Part shown: positions 20,938-30,874 of the stretch, piece by piece
Layout: the number at the start of each line of letters is the position of its first letter
Numbering within the stretch: the first letter of the stretch is position 1
Source: a virus
DNA: 64,000 nt
IMG/VR virus record: IMGVR_UViG_3300021962_000061
Span: 1-64,000 of that record
Direction: 5' to 3' (one strand)
Notes under the pieces: generated by a model
The model's input: only the letters and a program-made list of their open reading frames with translations
Databases searched by the model: none
What the model was told of the DNA's origin: nothing
Position numbers and translations under genes: made by a program

Positions 20938-23900
20938 TTAACGTAGATCACGAATACCGCCACCACTGTCGCCACCCGTACCATCGTTACCACCATCAAT
21001 ACTTCCTAAGAATAGATTTACATAATCAGTAATTTGTACGTTGGATAAGTTGCCTGGTGTTATTGTAATATTGGTCTGCGTATCAAAAACATTTTTGCCT
21101 TTAGTATTAGTATTACCATTAGATATAATACAATAATCAAATGTAACGCCAGATGGTTTTCTACATTTGTATATGTACCAATCGAATGAATCATTATTTC
21201 TTGATCTGTCGTTTTGACCTAATCTAAAGTTATGAAGTTGTAGTGGTCCATACAATTCGTTGTCAGAACCAATTAAGAAGATGTCTCCAAGTCTAGCTGT
21301 ACCTGTCTCGGAGAATGACATCACCATAAAATAATCTTCTGGTATGATGACATTTGGTTGTTCAGAACCATGTGCAGTTCTATGACTTGTGCTGCTATAG
21401 TATCTAACATTACTTGAATCGTACAATGGCCTTGGTTTAGATGTTGAAGCGTTAGGATCATACAATTGTCCTGTCACGCCACCGCCAGCTGTGAAGTTTG
21501 TAAAGTTTACAGTTTGACTATGGAAGCCCAACCATTTAATCTCTGGACCAGACGTGTAACTACCAGAAGAAGGTAATCTAGAATAATCTAGCTGCTCACT
21601 ACTATTACCAAAAGCATCCCGTGTGTGGTAAAATCTTGGTCCATATGCAAATGTGGCCAATCTGAAAATACGACCACTAGGAATGGACAAACCAAATGAC
21701 TTATTACGTACAAGAGGGCCATCAACTATTATATTGCCTGAATAGACCTCTGCCTTGACGCCCAAGTTTTCATTGCAATTTTGAATCGTAAACGGAACAA
21801 GATCAAAGTTAGCTGAACCGTTACCAGATGGATCAGTATAAGTTGCAATGCCGGTTACTGTTAATGCACCTGTTGTTTGATTTTGTGTTAGTTGTGAAGC
21901 CACTGCTCCATCTGCACTGAACACAAACCTTTTATTTGGTATATCTGTAGCGGCTGAGGCTTGATACGATTGACTCTCAGAGTAAGTTACCTGGGAGGGG
22001 ACTGGCTCTGGATAATTAAATGAATTATTAGCAACAGTAAAATTCCAAACCTTAGGTGTGCTTGTTGTTTCGCTAAATCTAAACTGAGGATTATTGACTG
22101 TTGCGCTAATGGTATTGGTATACTGTCTTGCAGTTACAAACACGCCGTTTGAGTATCTTACGTTGAAAGCTACCGTAAACGTTGCTGAGTTACTACCAAT
22201 TTCATTCTGAACAACTCTAGCTCTAGCAGTAGGGCTTGCGTTACCACCACTGGCTATTGCTACAACGTTGGCACCATTTGTTTGAACAATTGTTGTTACG
22301 ATATATGAGTCAGCAATTGTGTTTTGGGTTGCTCCTACCACCACAGTGCCAATTTGGGGCTTGATGTAACCATTAGCATTCTGTACAGCTGAATTTGTAA
22401 TTGGATCCTTAGTGAGAATATCTACTAATCTAACAGCAGCATCCATGTTTGGAGGCACTAAATTAGTTGAGTTGCTTGTCAAGGTTAGAACTAGTAGCTC
22501 GTTGTTTTCTGTTACAAAGTCTTGAGCTGGATACAAATCATAAGTTGCTGTATTACTTTGAATAGTAAATGACCCACTCAATACACTTGGGGTGATATCA
22601 CCTGTTGTAATTCCGGCACCACTAATTGTAAATGGTACAACTGTGTCGTTGTCAACATTTATAGTGTCAAGTGTAAATCTAACACCAGAAGATGGTGACT
22701 GTTCACTTATTGAAAGTACATTAGATGTTAGCTTATAAACTTTTAGATCAACTGGATTCAAGTCAGCTGCAACTGTCACATCTTTAGTTGCTTGTCTTTC
22801 AATACCTTTATAATTGGCTCTAGCTGTTATTCTATAAGTACCAGATGTTGTTGATCCTACTTGCGACTCTGGATCAATTCTAGCAATAGCAGTTATTCTT
22901 AATTTTTTATCTGAATCTTTTGCTAAAAATAAACCATCATCATTAAATGCTGGTAAACCATTTGGATTTGTGCTTGATAGCAATTGAGGCGGAAAATCTA
23001 ATGTAGTTGTAGCGTATTGGGATTCTGATACTTCAAATGATTGTGTTGTGTTAAGTGGGTTTAATTTTTCTGTTCTAGTTAAACTATCTCCCCTCACAGT
23101 AAGAGGATGTGTTACTGCATCCAATGTTAGAGGAGGCGTGGTTAGAACTTCAACAAGTCTTGCTGAGCTATCATAAAGTTGTGCTGTTACCGTAACAGTC
23201 TGTACATTTGAACTATCTGTTGATTGTGATGTAACAAAAGTATTGATTGTTGCTGTAGTAGATGTTGATGTATTGGTGAAACCAACACTACCGTTATCTA
23301 ACGAAAATGTTACATAGCCGCTTGGATGATCATGTGTAACAGTTGTCAACAATGAAGCTGTTGCTATTCCTGATACACTAAATGCTGTGTCTGTTTGAGA
23401 TACTGATGTTATATCTGAGATATACTTTAATGTCTCTGCAGTTACATTAACAGTATCGAGTATTTTTTCTACAACAGTAGTATTACCATATTTTAATACA
23501 CCTGTTATGTCAAAACTAGCTGTATTAGTAATATTTTGAGAAATATTTTTCCCGGATGGGGTTGTAGCAGTTATATTTAATGTTGATGTTCTGCTGTCAT
23601 TTGTAACAGTAGAGATTGGTCCTCCACCATTAAACTTTCTTGTTTGCCATATGAATGATGCGTTTGGTATGCTCCATGTAGCAACACTTGTTGATATAGC
23701 AGTTTGAGCAGCATAACCAGTCTTGGTGTTAGAAACAGGTTGTTGGAGATTCAACCCATATGAACCAGCTCTAAGAATCAATCCACCCTCAAAATCATTT
23801 TGCGTGATAGCTTTTTGATCTAGTATTCTTCCATTAGGGTCTCTAAGTGTGGCCACGACAGTAACAACAGATTCTTTAATTTGATAACCTTCAGCAGCAA

Positions 23901-25455
23901 AATCATGATATAAAGATATTCTTTCTGTTCTACTTGAACTGTTGGATGCAATTAACTGAGTCGTTATAGCACTACCAGTAGTTGCATATGTAAATTCCAA
24001 AGTACCTTGTGTATATGTTGGTGCTACTGCATCATGAGTGGCAATAATATCAATAGTAGCATATTGGCTAGAGCCGTTAGAGAAAGCATTATTTGTTGTT
24101 ACGCCACCAACAGCAGTTAGTGAAGTAATTTGTCTATCAATAAATTGAGCCAACAAACTAATCTGTATAGTGTTTGATTCTACTACTTCATTGTTATATA
24201 ACATTTCTGTTAGAACAGAATATGTTGCTGTATTTCTAGTTTGAAAAGTTGGTGCTACTACAGTAAATGTTATTGTGCTGTCGGACGTATCTACTGTTTT
24301 ACTATCTAGCGTTCCATATGGTCCGACCGATCCTGTTAACTTGGTTGGCGTAAATCTGTATCTTGTATTTGAAGACAATTCTGTATTGGATGAAGCTTTC
24401 AGAGTAATCGAAGCAGTCTGGGCAACGGCACCAATAGCACTAACAGAAGCTGAAGGTAGTGTTGTTACCTGAAATGCAGCATTAGCTGCAGTTAGTGTTA
24501 ACTTAACATTTTTTGTACAGGTATTTACTGTGTGGACAGAATTTGAGACTGCTCGGACAAGCCCATTAGCATAATACTCTACGCCTGATGGAACAGTCAT
24601 TACACCAGTCACTGTTAAGTTCGCTGTTTTGGTTCCATTAGGTGTAGCAAGAGTAATTTTTGCCGACTTAATGCCAGCTGGTCTATTAACTGTAGAATCA
24701 AACTGAGTAATTTTTTCTACTGTTATGTCACTTGTTGTAGTATTAGAAGATCCTGAATCAATAGTATATGACCAGGTCATTGTAGGATCATACATGTCAC
24801 TATTGGCAGTAACGACTACTGTAACATTTGCAGTGTTGCCAACTTTAACTGCTGTTAGCTCAGCAGTAGCTGGAGGCGATGGTGGTGAACCTGGTGTTCC
24901 ATGCTCTGTTGGTCTGGATGGAGCTGAAGCTTCAGGATCAATAGTAATTGTCGCAGTGTTTGTATAAACAAACAAACCAGTCGTTGAGGATGTTATCTTA
25001 CATCTGTATCCTTGACCATCATATGCAGCAGTTGTTAGTTCAACAGCAAGACCTGGATTGGTTTCATTTGTAAGTATTTGCCATGGCAGCAATATATCTT
25101 GATAATACTCCCACTGGTATAGCAGAGGTCCTGGATCGCCAACACGTAGCTGGCCTTGAGCATAGAAATACCAGGTAGAGGAATCAACAGGCCCCGTATA
25201 ACTTGATGGATTTCCTGTTACAACTGGTGCTTGAGTGACAGCAATAATTTCAGAGAAAGCTGTTTTATTCGAAAGATCACTACCTAGAGAAATTTCACTT
25301 GTATTATAAGATTTGACAAAAGTGCCACCTAGTTGTTTAACAACACTATTAGCAGCTAGATTTTGAATCTGATTAGATGGTGTACCGGGATTAAGCTCAT
25401 CCGTTACATCTGAAACATCTATTGAGCTTGTGCTATTAGCTGCTGGGGTGGTCAT
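20938..25455 (-). CDS. large Ig-like/beta-rich virion structural protein
   Basis: 1505 aa; contains a YQWEYY...GQGYRC Ig domain paralogous to those in the 879-aa protein. Confidence 0.7.
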   Translation of the reverse strand: MTTPAANSTSSIDVSDVTDELNPGTPSNQIQNLAANSVVKQLGGTFVKSYNTSEISLGSDLSNKTAFSEIIAVTQAPVVTGNPSSYTGPVDSSTWYFYAQGQLRVGDPGPLLYQWEYYQDILLPWQILTNETNPGLAVELTTAAYDGQGYRCKITSSTTGLFVYTNTATITIDPEASAPSRPTEHGTPGSPPSPPATAELTAVKVGNTANVTVVVTANSDMYDPTMTWSYTIDSGSSNTTTSDITVEKITQFDSTVNRPAGIKSAKITLATPNGTKTANLTVTGVMTVPSGVEYYANGLVRAVSNSVHTVNTCTKNVKLTLTAANAAFQVTTLPSASVSAIGAVAQTASITLKASSNTELSSNTRYRFTPTKLTGSVGPYGTLDSKTVDTSDSTITFTVVAPTFQTRNTATYSVLTEMLYNNEVVESNTIQISLLAQFIDRQITSLTAVGGVTTNNAFSNGSSQYATIDIIATHDAVAPTYTQGTLEFTYATTGSAITTQLIASNSSSRTERISLYHDFAAEGYQIKESVVTVVATLRDPNGRILDQKAITQNDFEGGLILRAGSYGLNLQQPVSNTKTGYAAQTAISTSVATWSIPNASFIWQTRKFNGGGPISTVTNDSRTSTLNITATTPSGKNISQNITNTASFDITGVLKYGNTTVVEKILDTVNVTAETLKYISDITSVSQTDTAFSVSGIATASLLTTVTHDHPSGYVTFSLDNGSVGFTNTSTSTTATINTFVTSQSTDSSNVQTVTVTAQLYDSSARLVEVLTTPPLTLDAVTHPLTVRGDSLTRTEKLNPLNTTQSFEVSESQYATTTLDFPPQLLSSTNPNGLPAFNDDGLFLAKDSDKKLRITAIARIDPESQVGSTTSGTYRITARANYKGIERQATKDVTVAADLNPVDLKVYKLTSNVLSISEQSPSSGVRFTLDTINVDNDTVVPFTISGAGITTGDITPSVLSGSFTIQSNTATYDLYPAQDFVTENNELLVLTLTSNSTNLVPPNMDAAVRLVDILTKDPITNSAVQNANGYIKPQIGTVVVGATQNTIADSYIVTTIVQTNGANVVAIASGGNASPTARARVVQNEIGSNSATFTVAFNVRYSNGVFVTARQYTNTISATVNNPQFRFSETTSTPKVWNFTVANNSFNYPEPVPSQVTYSESQSYQASAATDIPNKRFVFSADGAVASQLTQNQTTGALTVTGIATYTDPSGNGSANFDLVPFTIQNCNENLGVKAEVYSGNIIVDGPLVRNKSFGLSIPSGRIFRLATFAYGPRFYHTRDAFGNSSEQLDYSRLPSSGSYTSGPEIKWLGFHSQTVNFTNFTAGGGVTGQLYDPNASTSKPRPLYDSSNVRYYSSTSHRTAHGSEQPNVIIPEDYFMVMSFSETGTARLGDIFLIGSDNELYGPLQLHNFRLGQNDRSRNNDSFDWYIYKCRKPSGVTFDYCIISNGNTNTKGKNVFDTQTNITITPGNLSNVQITDYVNLFLGSIDGGNDGTGGDSGGGIRDLR

Positions 25456-25467
25456 TTCAAACCCTAT

Positions 25468-25503
25468 AAAAAAAAGGCTACGTATCTATTTATACGTAGC
25501 CTT
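25468..25503 (-). terminator. Rho-independent terminator (12-bp stem, U8 tail) containing late promoter TATAAATA (25487-25494)
   Basis: AAGGCTACGTAT-CTATTT-ATACGTAGCCTT preceded by an A-run on + strand. Confidence 0.8.
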
Positions 25504-25519
25504 GATTGACAATTGAAGC

Positions 25520-25747
25520 TTATTTTTGTTCTTGTTTTTGGACCTGAGGAGGTTTGTTATGTTGAACTATTTTATTGTTTAATGCTTCAATTTCTTTTTC
25601 TAGATGCTTAACCTTTTCATCACTTTGCTGAAGCTTTTCAGTGAGTAATTCACATTGAGCCTTAACAATTAAAAGTTGGTTTATTGTTTCAATCCACGCT
25701 GTCCTGTAGGCAGAAAAAACTTTTGCCTCTAATTCATTATTATCCAT
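25520..25747 (-). CDS. small coiled-coil protein (possible fibre assembly helper)
   Basis: Heptad pattern; GAGG SD. Confidence 0.6.
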   Translation of the reverse strand: MDNNELEAKVFSAYRTAWIETINQLLIVKAQCELLTEKLQQSDEKVKHLEKEIEALNNKIVQHNKPPQVQKQEQK

Positions 25748-25758
25748 TGTATTACCTC

Positions 25759-27225
25759 TTAGAATGTTCCTCCATCCAAATCAGCAAACACTGGGAATCC
25801 AGTAGAATTTGCCTGTAGTATTTGGCCATCTGTACCTGCTGCTGTTACTTGTAGAGCTGAAGTACCATTACCATAGATAACACCCTTGGACGTGAATGTG
25901 CCAGCGCCTGTACCGCCTGATGGAACACCTAGTGGTGATGATAATGTTATGCTTGTTGCCTCTAGAGCACCCACAACAAGCGCAGCAAGCGAACCACCTG
26001 TCAGATCAACAGTGGTACTTGGCTCATTCGATAGGCCAGTGTACAGTTTGTATTTACCTGAATCACTTTGGTCTCTGAAGAATGCAGTATAGCCAACAGT
26101 ACCGTCATTATAAACACCATATAAACCAATATCTACAGAATCAGCTGAAACATTGCCGTTAGCTAACTTGATCAGCGGATCTTTTACTGTCATGTTAACT
26201 GTGTCGATAGTTGTTAATGTACCAGTAACTGTTAGGTTACCGGATACTGTCATATCAACAAACGAACCATTGCCAGCTGTAATTGTACCATCGATGTCTA
26301 GCGATGAAGATGTTAGAACAGCATTGACAGTTGAGTTACCGATAAACAATGCTGATGTGTTTAATGATAGATTTGAACCAACTGTGATAGAACTACCAAC
26401 AGCTACAGCAGTTGAATTAACGGCTGTATTAACTGTTGAGTTGCCAATTGTTAGTGTTGTATCTATAGTTACATCTGGTGTTAGTGCAACAGTAATGTTT
26501 TGAGATGAAAATACAACATTTGCCTGGCCAGAGTTACCACTGACGGTGTGGTTTTCCCACTGACCTGCATCGTTGTCGTAAACAAGAACATTATTGTTAG
26601 CAGCTGATGAAATTGTTACATCTGACAATCCATCCAGGTCTGTGACGGGAGCTGCCCAGTATACACCACCAGTTGAATTTGACGATAAAACTTGGCCATC
26701 AGTACCCGTTGCACCATTAGCAGATACTATACCAGTGACTGTTAGATTGGTTGTTGTAACAACTGTTGAGTTGACTGAAACATTTACAGTTGAGTTGCCA
26801 ACTGTAAGCACACCAGTTGCATTATCCCATGTGAATCTAGCGTTACTACCTAGGATACCACTATTATTAAATTGAATTTCAGTATTGGTGCCAGCAGCAG
26901 TTGCTGTTAGTGTTGTCCAATAGAGGCCACCACTAGAATTTGACGATAAAACTTGGCCATCTGTGCCAAATGTACCATTGGCTTGTAGTACTGTTGGAAC
27001 CAAGTTGGCAACAATAAGTTTGTCAATCTCACTAGTTGCGTTAACAACAAGTGCCTGGTTAGCAGTCAGTACACCTGGTGTATGTTCACCACCAATTGGA
27101 ATTACAGCTGAGCTGTTGCCAATAAACAGTTTACCTGATAAGTACGAGTATGCCAACTCACCTTCACTTAAGGATGTTGGTGTAGCTGTACTACTACTTC
27201 TTTTAATTTTGATTACGTTTGCCAT
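25759..27225 (-). CDS. tail fibre-like protein with Mtd-N-like N-terminus
   Basis: IKIKRS...GELAYS; GTDGQVLSSNS repeats; GNLTVTG, VPSGGTGA; ends LDGGTF. Confidence 0.75.
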   Translation of the reverse strand: MANVIKIKRSSSTATPTSLSEGELAYSYLSGKLFIGNSSAVIPIGGEHTPGVLTANQALVVNATSEIDKLIVANLVPTVLQANGTFGTDGQVLSSNSSGGLYWTTLTATAAGTNTEIQFNNSGILGSNARFTWDNATGVLTVGNSTVNVSVNSTVVTTTNLTVTGIVSANGATGTDGQVLSSNSTGGVYWAAPVTDLDGLSDVTISSAANNNVLVYDNDAGQWENHTVSGNSGQANVVFSSQNITVALTPDVTIDTTLTIGNSTVNTAVNSTAVAVGSSITVGSNLSLNTSALFIGNSTVNAVLTSSSLDIDGTITAGNGSFVDMTVSGNLTVTGTLTTIDTVNMTVKDPLIKLANGNVSADSVDIGLYGVYNDGTVGYTAFFRDQSDSGKYKLYTGLSNEPSTTVDLTGGSLAALVVGALEATSITLSSPLGVPSGGTGAGTFTSKGVIYGNGTSALQVTAAGTDGQILQANSTGFPVFADLDGGTF

Positions 27226-27489
27226 TTAGAACGTCCCTCCGTCAAGCGATATTGACGTATTGCTTAAAGTTTTTACTTCGTACTTATCATTAGAAGCATT
27301 ATATATGACGACATCGCCATTGGCGGGTGTTCCTTCTGTCACATCAAGTAATTGATCAAATCTTACCGAAGTTGCACCTCCCACATTAACCAACGTGACA
27401 GGATTAACCTTGCCAGTGGATTGAAGTGAACCGTTAACTGATTTAACAACAACGTTTGCTGTTATATTTGTAGTTGTTAAAAGCGCCAT
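27226..27489 (-). CDS. small fibre-associated protein
   Basis: LLDV...NGDVVIYN...KY motif; ends LDGGTF. Confidence 0.65.
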   Translation of the reverse strand: MALLTTTNITANVVVKSVNGSLQSTGKVNPVTLVNVGGATSVRFDQLLDVTEGTPANGDVVIYNASNDKYEVKTLSNTSISLDGGTF

Positions 27490-27502
27490 CTATTCCTCAG
27501 AA

Positions 27503-27510
27503 TATTTATA
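27503..27510 (-). promoter_or_regulatory. late promoter TATAAATA
   Basis: Exact consensus, intergenic. Confidence 0.8.
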
Positions 27511-27516
27511 AATTTA

Positions 27517-27843
27517 TTACTTTGTGACGTTAGGTGTAACTGTTACAATACCTTCTATTAATCTAGAAATAACGTTGCCACTATCAGTTACTTCTAAATC
27601 ATACACATAACGACCTGCAACTAGATTTGAAGTTTGATTGGCAGTTAATGCTAATGTAACAATACCAGTGTTTGTTAATGACACGGAAAAGCTAACTGAG
27701 TTGGAAGACGTATAATGCTTTCTTATTTGGGCCTCGCCCGAATAATTACTAAAATCAACTGGAGTGCCACTCTCACTATTGAAGGTGACTGAAGTTGAAA
27801 ATGTTGTGCCTTGGTCGACGACCAAATTAACTTTTGTAGCCAT
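27517..27843 (-). CDS. conserved virion adaptor protein (BppU-N-like)
   Basis: NLVVDQGTTF...AQIRK...GRYVYDLE...RLIEGIVTVTPNVT. Confidence 0.7.
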   Translation of the reverse strand: MATKVNLVVDQGTTFSTSVTFNSESGTPVDFSNYSGEAQIRKHYTSSNSVSFSVSLTNTGIVTLALTANQTSNLVAGRYVYDLEVTDSGNVISRLIEGIVTVTPNVTK

Positions 27844-27846
27844 TTA

Positions 27847-28944
27847 TTATTTGTCTTTTAGTCCTAACTCTAGGGTTTGCACTTTATCATTAAGATGTTT
27901 GATCGCTTCAATAAGTAGTGGAACTAATTTACTGTAATCCACTGCTTTATAGCCATCTGATCTTAAGTAAACAGCTTGTGGTGCTACCTTTTCAACATCT
28001 TGAGCAACCAAACCTATATCATTATCTGGTTTTGGGCCCACATTTGTTAAATCAGCAATTGCCTCTTTATCCCAGTCAAATTCAACGCCGTTTAATTTTA
28101 ATATCTTTTCAAGACTATTATCAATTAACTTGATATTTTTCTTTAATCTTTCGTCAGATGTATAATAAGCGGTTACATCACCTGTCGCGTAAATTGCACC
28201 ATTCACGTGCAAAGGAGCTTCTGGGTTAGTCACACCACCAACACCAATTCTTGCTGCTGTGTTTGAAATAAACAATGATGCTGTTGTACCACCAAAATTT
28301 ACATTAGCATTGAATCTTACTTGACCGCTACTATTGGCGTTTACGGTGCCTAATGTTAGTGTATCAATTTGTTGTTCGGTTAGATGGGTTAATCGTGTTC
28401 TTACCCACTTATTTGATGATGTGTCATATACAATTGTATCATAAGCAGAATTTGTAGTGTTAGCATACCCAACATTTGAAGTCAAAAGAAACTCGGCCGG
28501 GTCAAGATCAGTACCCTTAACATTTAAATTTGCAAACGCCATATACCCAGTACTGTTTGCTTTTAGCCAACCAGTAGTGGATGAGTAAGTGGATGATCTA
28601 TCAGCAAATCTAAGTTTTGTTGTTGTATCAATTGTTACGTTACCAAGAGCGCTCAAATGACCAATGGTATACAAATTGTATGAACCATCAACAACAACAT
28701 TCGTACTAATTGTAGCATTAGCACCAGCTGGACCTGTTAATGTGTTATTAATAGTTATTGTATTTGCAATAAAAGTACCAAATAATCTAGCTGTGTAACT
28801 GACTGTTGAGTTGCCAGTATTACTTCCTGTTGTATTAGCAGTAATAACAGCATTACTAATAGTCTGTGCTATTTGGTTGGTAATGGAAATCCAACCTGCA
28901 AATGTATCCGTATTTGCATTTATTTCGGAAATTACTACTGACAT
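27847..28944 (-). CDS. tail fibre with C-terminal intramolecular chaperone (peptidase S74)
   Basis: N-terminal DTFAGWISITN; YYTSDERLKKNI, GLVAQDVEKVAP, VDYSKLVPLLIEAIK. Confidence 0.88.
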   Translation of the reverse strand: MSVVISEINANTDTFAGWISITNQIAQTISNAVITANTTGSNTGNSTVSYTARLFGTFIANTITINNTLTGPAGANATISTNVVVDGSYNLYTIGHLSALGNVTIDTTTKLRFADRSSTYSSTTGWLKANSTGYMAFANLNVKGTDLDPAEFLLTSNVGYANTTNSAYDTIVYDTSSNKWVRTRLTHLTEQQIDTLTLGTVNANSSGQVRFNANVNFGGTTASLFISNTAARIGVGGVTNPEAPLHVNGAIYATGDVTAYYTSDERLKKNIKLIDNSLEKILKLNGVEFDWDKEAIADLTNVGPKPDNDIGLVAQDVEKVAPQAVYLRSDGYKAVDYSKLVPLLIEAIKHLNDKVQTLELGLKDK

Positions 28945-29150
28945 TTTTTATCCTCAAGTAACATTTGCACTAGCGTTTTTAGTTCTTGCACTTCTGCCTG
29001 TAGCATATTTATTTTGCTATTTTGCTGCTTCCTAAGTTTATATTCCTTCAACTTAGCAGTATTGGTATTTAAAATAGCCCCAGTGCTTTCGTCTTTAATA
29101 TAATCGGGATTTTCTTTAACCCTATAAACTATTGACTGTTCCATCGTCAT
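28935..29150 (-). CDS. small conserved T4-like protein
   Basis: KDESTGAILN motif plus coiled coil; typical position after DUF4815 genes. Confidence 0.65.
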   Translation of the reverse strand: MTMEQSIVYRVKENPDYIKDESTGAILNTNTAKLKEYKLRKQQNSKINMLQAEVQELKTLVQMLLEDKKCQ

Positions 29151-30850
29151 ACCTGAACCGCAATAACTCTTAGATCGTTGATTTTTGGGTATAGATGTTC
29201 TTTGCCACTATCAGCAGTCATAACAATTTTCACTGCAAACTTTTTAATGACTCTATCATATCCATAACCACCATATGATGGACCACCTGTTGTTCCCCCT
29301 GTTGAATTTGCCGAGTAGTAGACTACAGGAACTGAATTGTTTGATTGATATGCAGCAAATGCATTGCCAGCTAATGCAGCTGTGTTGGCAAATGAATATG
29401 AATACTCTAGGTACTCATCTGGGGCATTTGTGTTTCTTGCTTTATTTGGATCTTCCAATGCCATCTTTGACCATACTTTATCATCAAACTTATCAGGGTC
29501 AGCGGCATTCCATATTTTTGTATAAACGTGAATTTCTGTATTTGCTGGCTTATTAACAGTGATGAAGATTTTTAGATCTTCAGCTTCCATCTCATCCTCA
29601 AGTGTTATAACCTTTGATATATACTTGGCATCAGCACTACCAGCGTTTGTGTGCTCGTTTGTTAAGTTATTATTAATTAAATTTCGAATAGCCACCAAAC
29701 TATTTTTACCATTCAAGTTAATAACAGGCGAAATGAAATTACTATTAGTTGTTAGTGTTGCTTGAATTACAATAGATGAGTTAGATGATGGTGTGCCTGT
29801 TCTGAAGTCATTTCCTGCATTCTGTTCGTCGGTTTCTCCCAACAAATATCTAGGCTGATCTTTATATTCCAACTCAATATTGTTTTCTAGTGTAGCACCA
29901 GTGTCTTGAACGTACTTAGTGCCATTATACACCGCACTCTTAACATTGAGCGAGATATTAGTTAGGGGTAGTTTCTTAATACCAAGTTTTGGAGCAATTG
30001 CATGTATTGGGAACTTGTACAGGCCACTATTGGCAGTATTATGGACTCTTGCCAATCCTAAAATACCCGATCCATTAGCTGTTGGAGCTGACTCATCTGC
30101 TGTTCTCACAAATGCAATATCAGTATTTGCTTGGAAGTTTGCAGATGAATTCTTCAAATACAAAATTTTGTTAACAAGATCTAAGTTTTGTACAGTGGCT
30201 GAGATAGCTGTGTTTACAGCATTGTTTGACCAGCCATACACTTGATCCCCTGATCTGATATCATACTTACCTAACAACGATGAGAAATTATACAGCTTTA
30301 GGATTTCTGTATTTTTATTTCTTAGTGCTGCTGTTCCAGAGGTTGGTGTGAATTTAGCTCTATACAATCTAAATTTAATATCTTGGTTTACAAGATCAGC
30401 ATATTTTTCTTCGTTGCCTGAGAAGTATGCTGTACCAACTAATGGATTTGAACCAATTGGTTTATCATCAGCTATATCACGCTTGCCTAGTTCCCCAACC
30501 CAAATATTGTAATCTGGTGAATTACCAATTGGTCTAACGACAAATCCGTAGCTTTCTGCGGAATCAAGATATACTAACTGATTAAAGGTAAACAATGTTT
30601 CTGATGTACCATCAACAGAAGTTGTAATATTTTCAGGGTCAACAATAATAGTGGACCCAGCAATTGCCTTGCTAGGATCTGGAATACCATTTGTAAGTCT
30701 GACTAGGAAAAGTTCTACACCCAGTGAGTCTGACTTGTTTTTGAAAAACAAACCTAATTTTGAAACAAATACACCTGGAACACCATCTGGTGTTGACACT
30801 TTGAATGTTTGTGTTAAACTAGTGTATTTAATGTTTAATGAACTAGGCAT
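29147..30850 (-). CDS. virion structural protein (C-terminal part of the DUF4815/VrlC-like family)
   Basis: LTQTFKV, GLFFKNK, DIKFRLYRAKF, ISPVINL, AKYISK, FAVKIVM...PKINDLRVIA. Confidence 0.75.
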   Translation of the reverse strand: MPSSLNIKYTSLTQTFKVSTPDGVPGVFVSKLGLFFKNKSDSLGVELFLVRLTNGIPDPSKAIAGSTIIVDPENITTSVDGTSETLFTFNQLVYLDSAESYGFVVRPIGNSPDYNIWVGELGKRDIADDKPIGSNPLVGTAYFSGNEEKYADLVNQDIKFRLYRAKFTPTSGTAALRNKNTEILKLYNFSSLLGKYDIRSGDQVYGWSNNAVNTAISATVQNLDLVNKILYLKNSSANFQANTDIAFVRTADESAPTANGSGILGLARVHNTANSGLYKFPIHAIAPKLGIKKLPLTNISLNVKSAVYNGTKYVQDTGATLENNIELEYKDQPRYLLGETDEQNAGNDFRTGTPSSNSSIVIQATLTTNSNFISPVINLNGKNSLVAIRNLINNNLTNEHTNAGSADAKYISKVITLEDEMEAEDLKIFITVNKPANTEIHVYTKIWNAADPDKFDDKVWSKMALEDPNKARNTNAPDEYLEYSYSFANTAALAGNAFAAYQSNNSVPVVYYSANSTGGTTGGPSYGGYGYDRVIKKFAVKIVMTADSGKEHLYPKINDLRVIAVQV

Positions 30851-30874
30851 CTAAATTAACCTCTAATTAATAAA

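Noticed and set aside
16462-26373. Possible diversity-generating retroelement (Mtd-N-like domains plus repeats)
   Set aside because: Repeats are identical and short with no adenine-specific mismatches; no reverse transcriptase in the window
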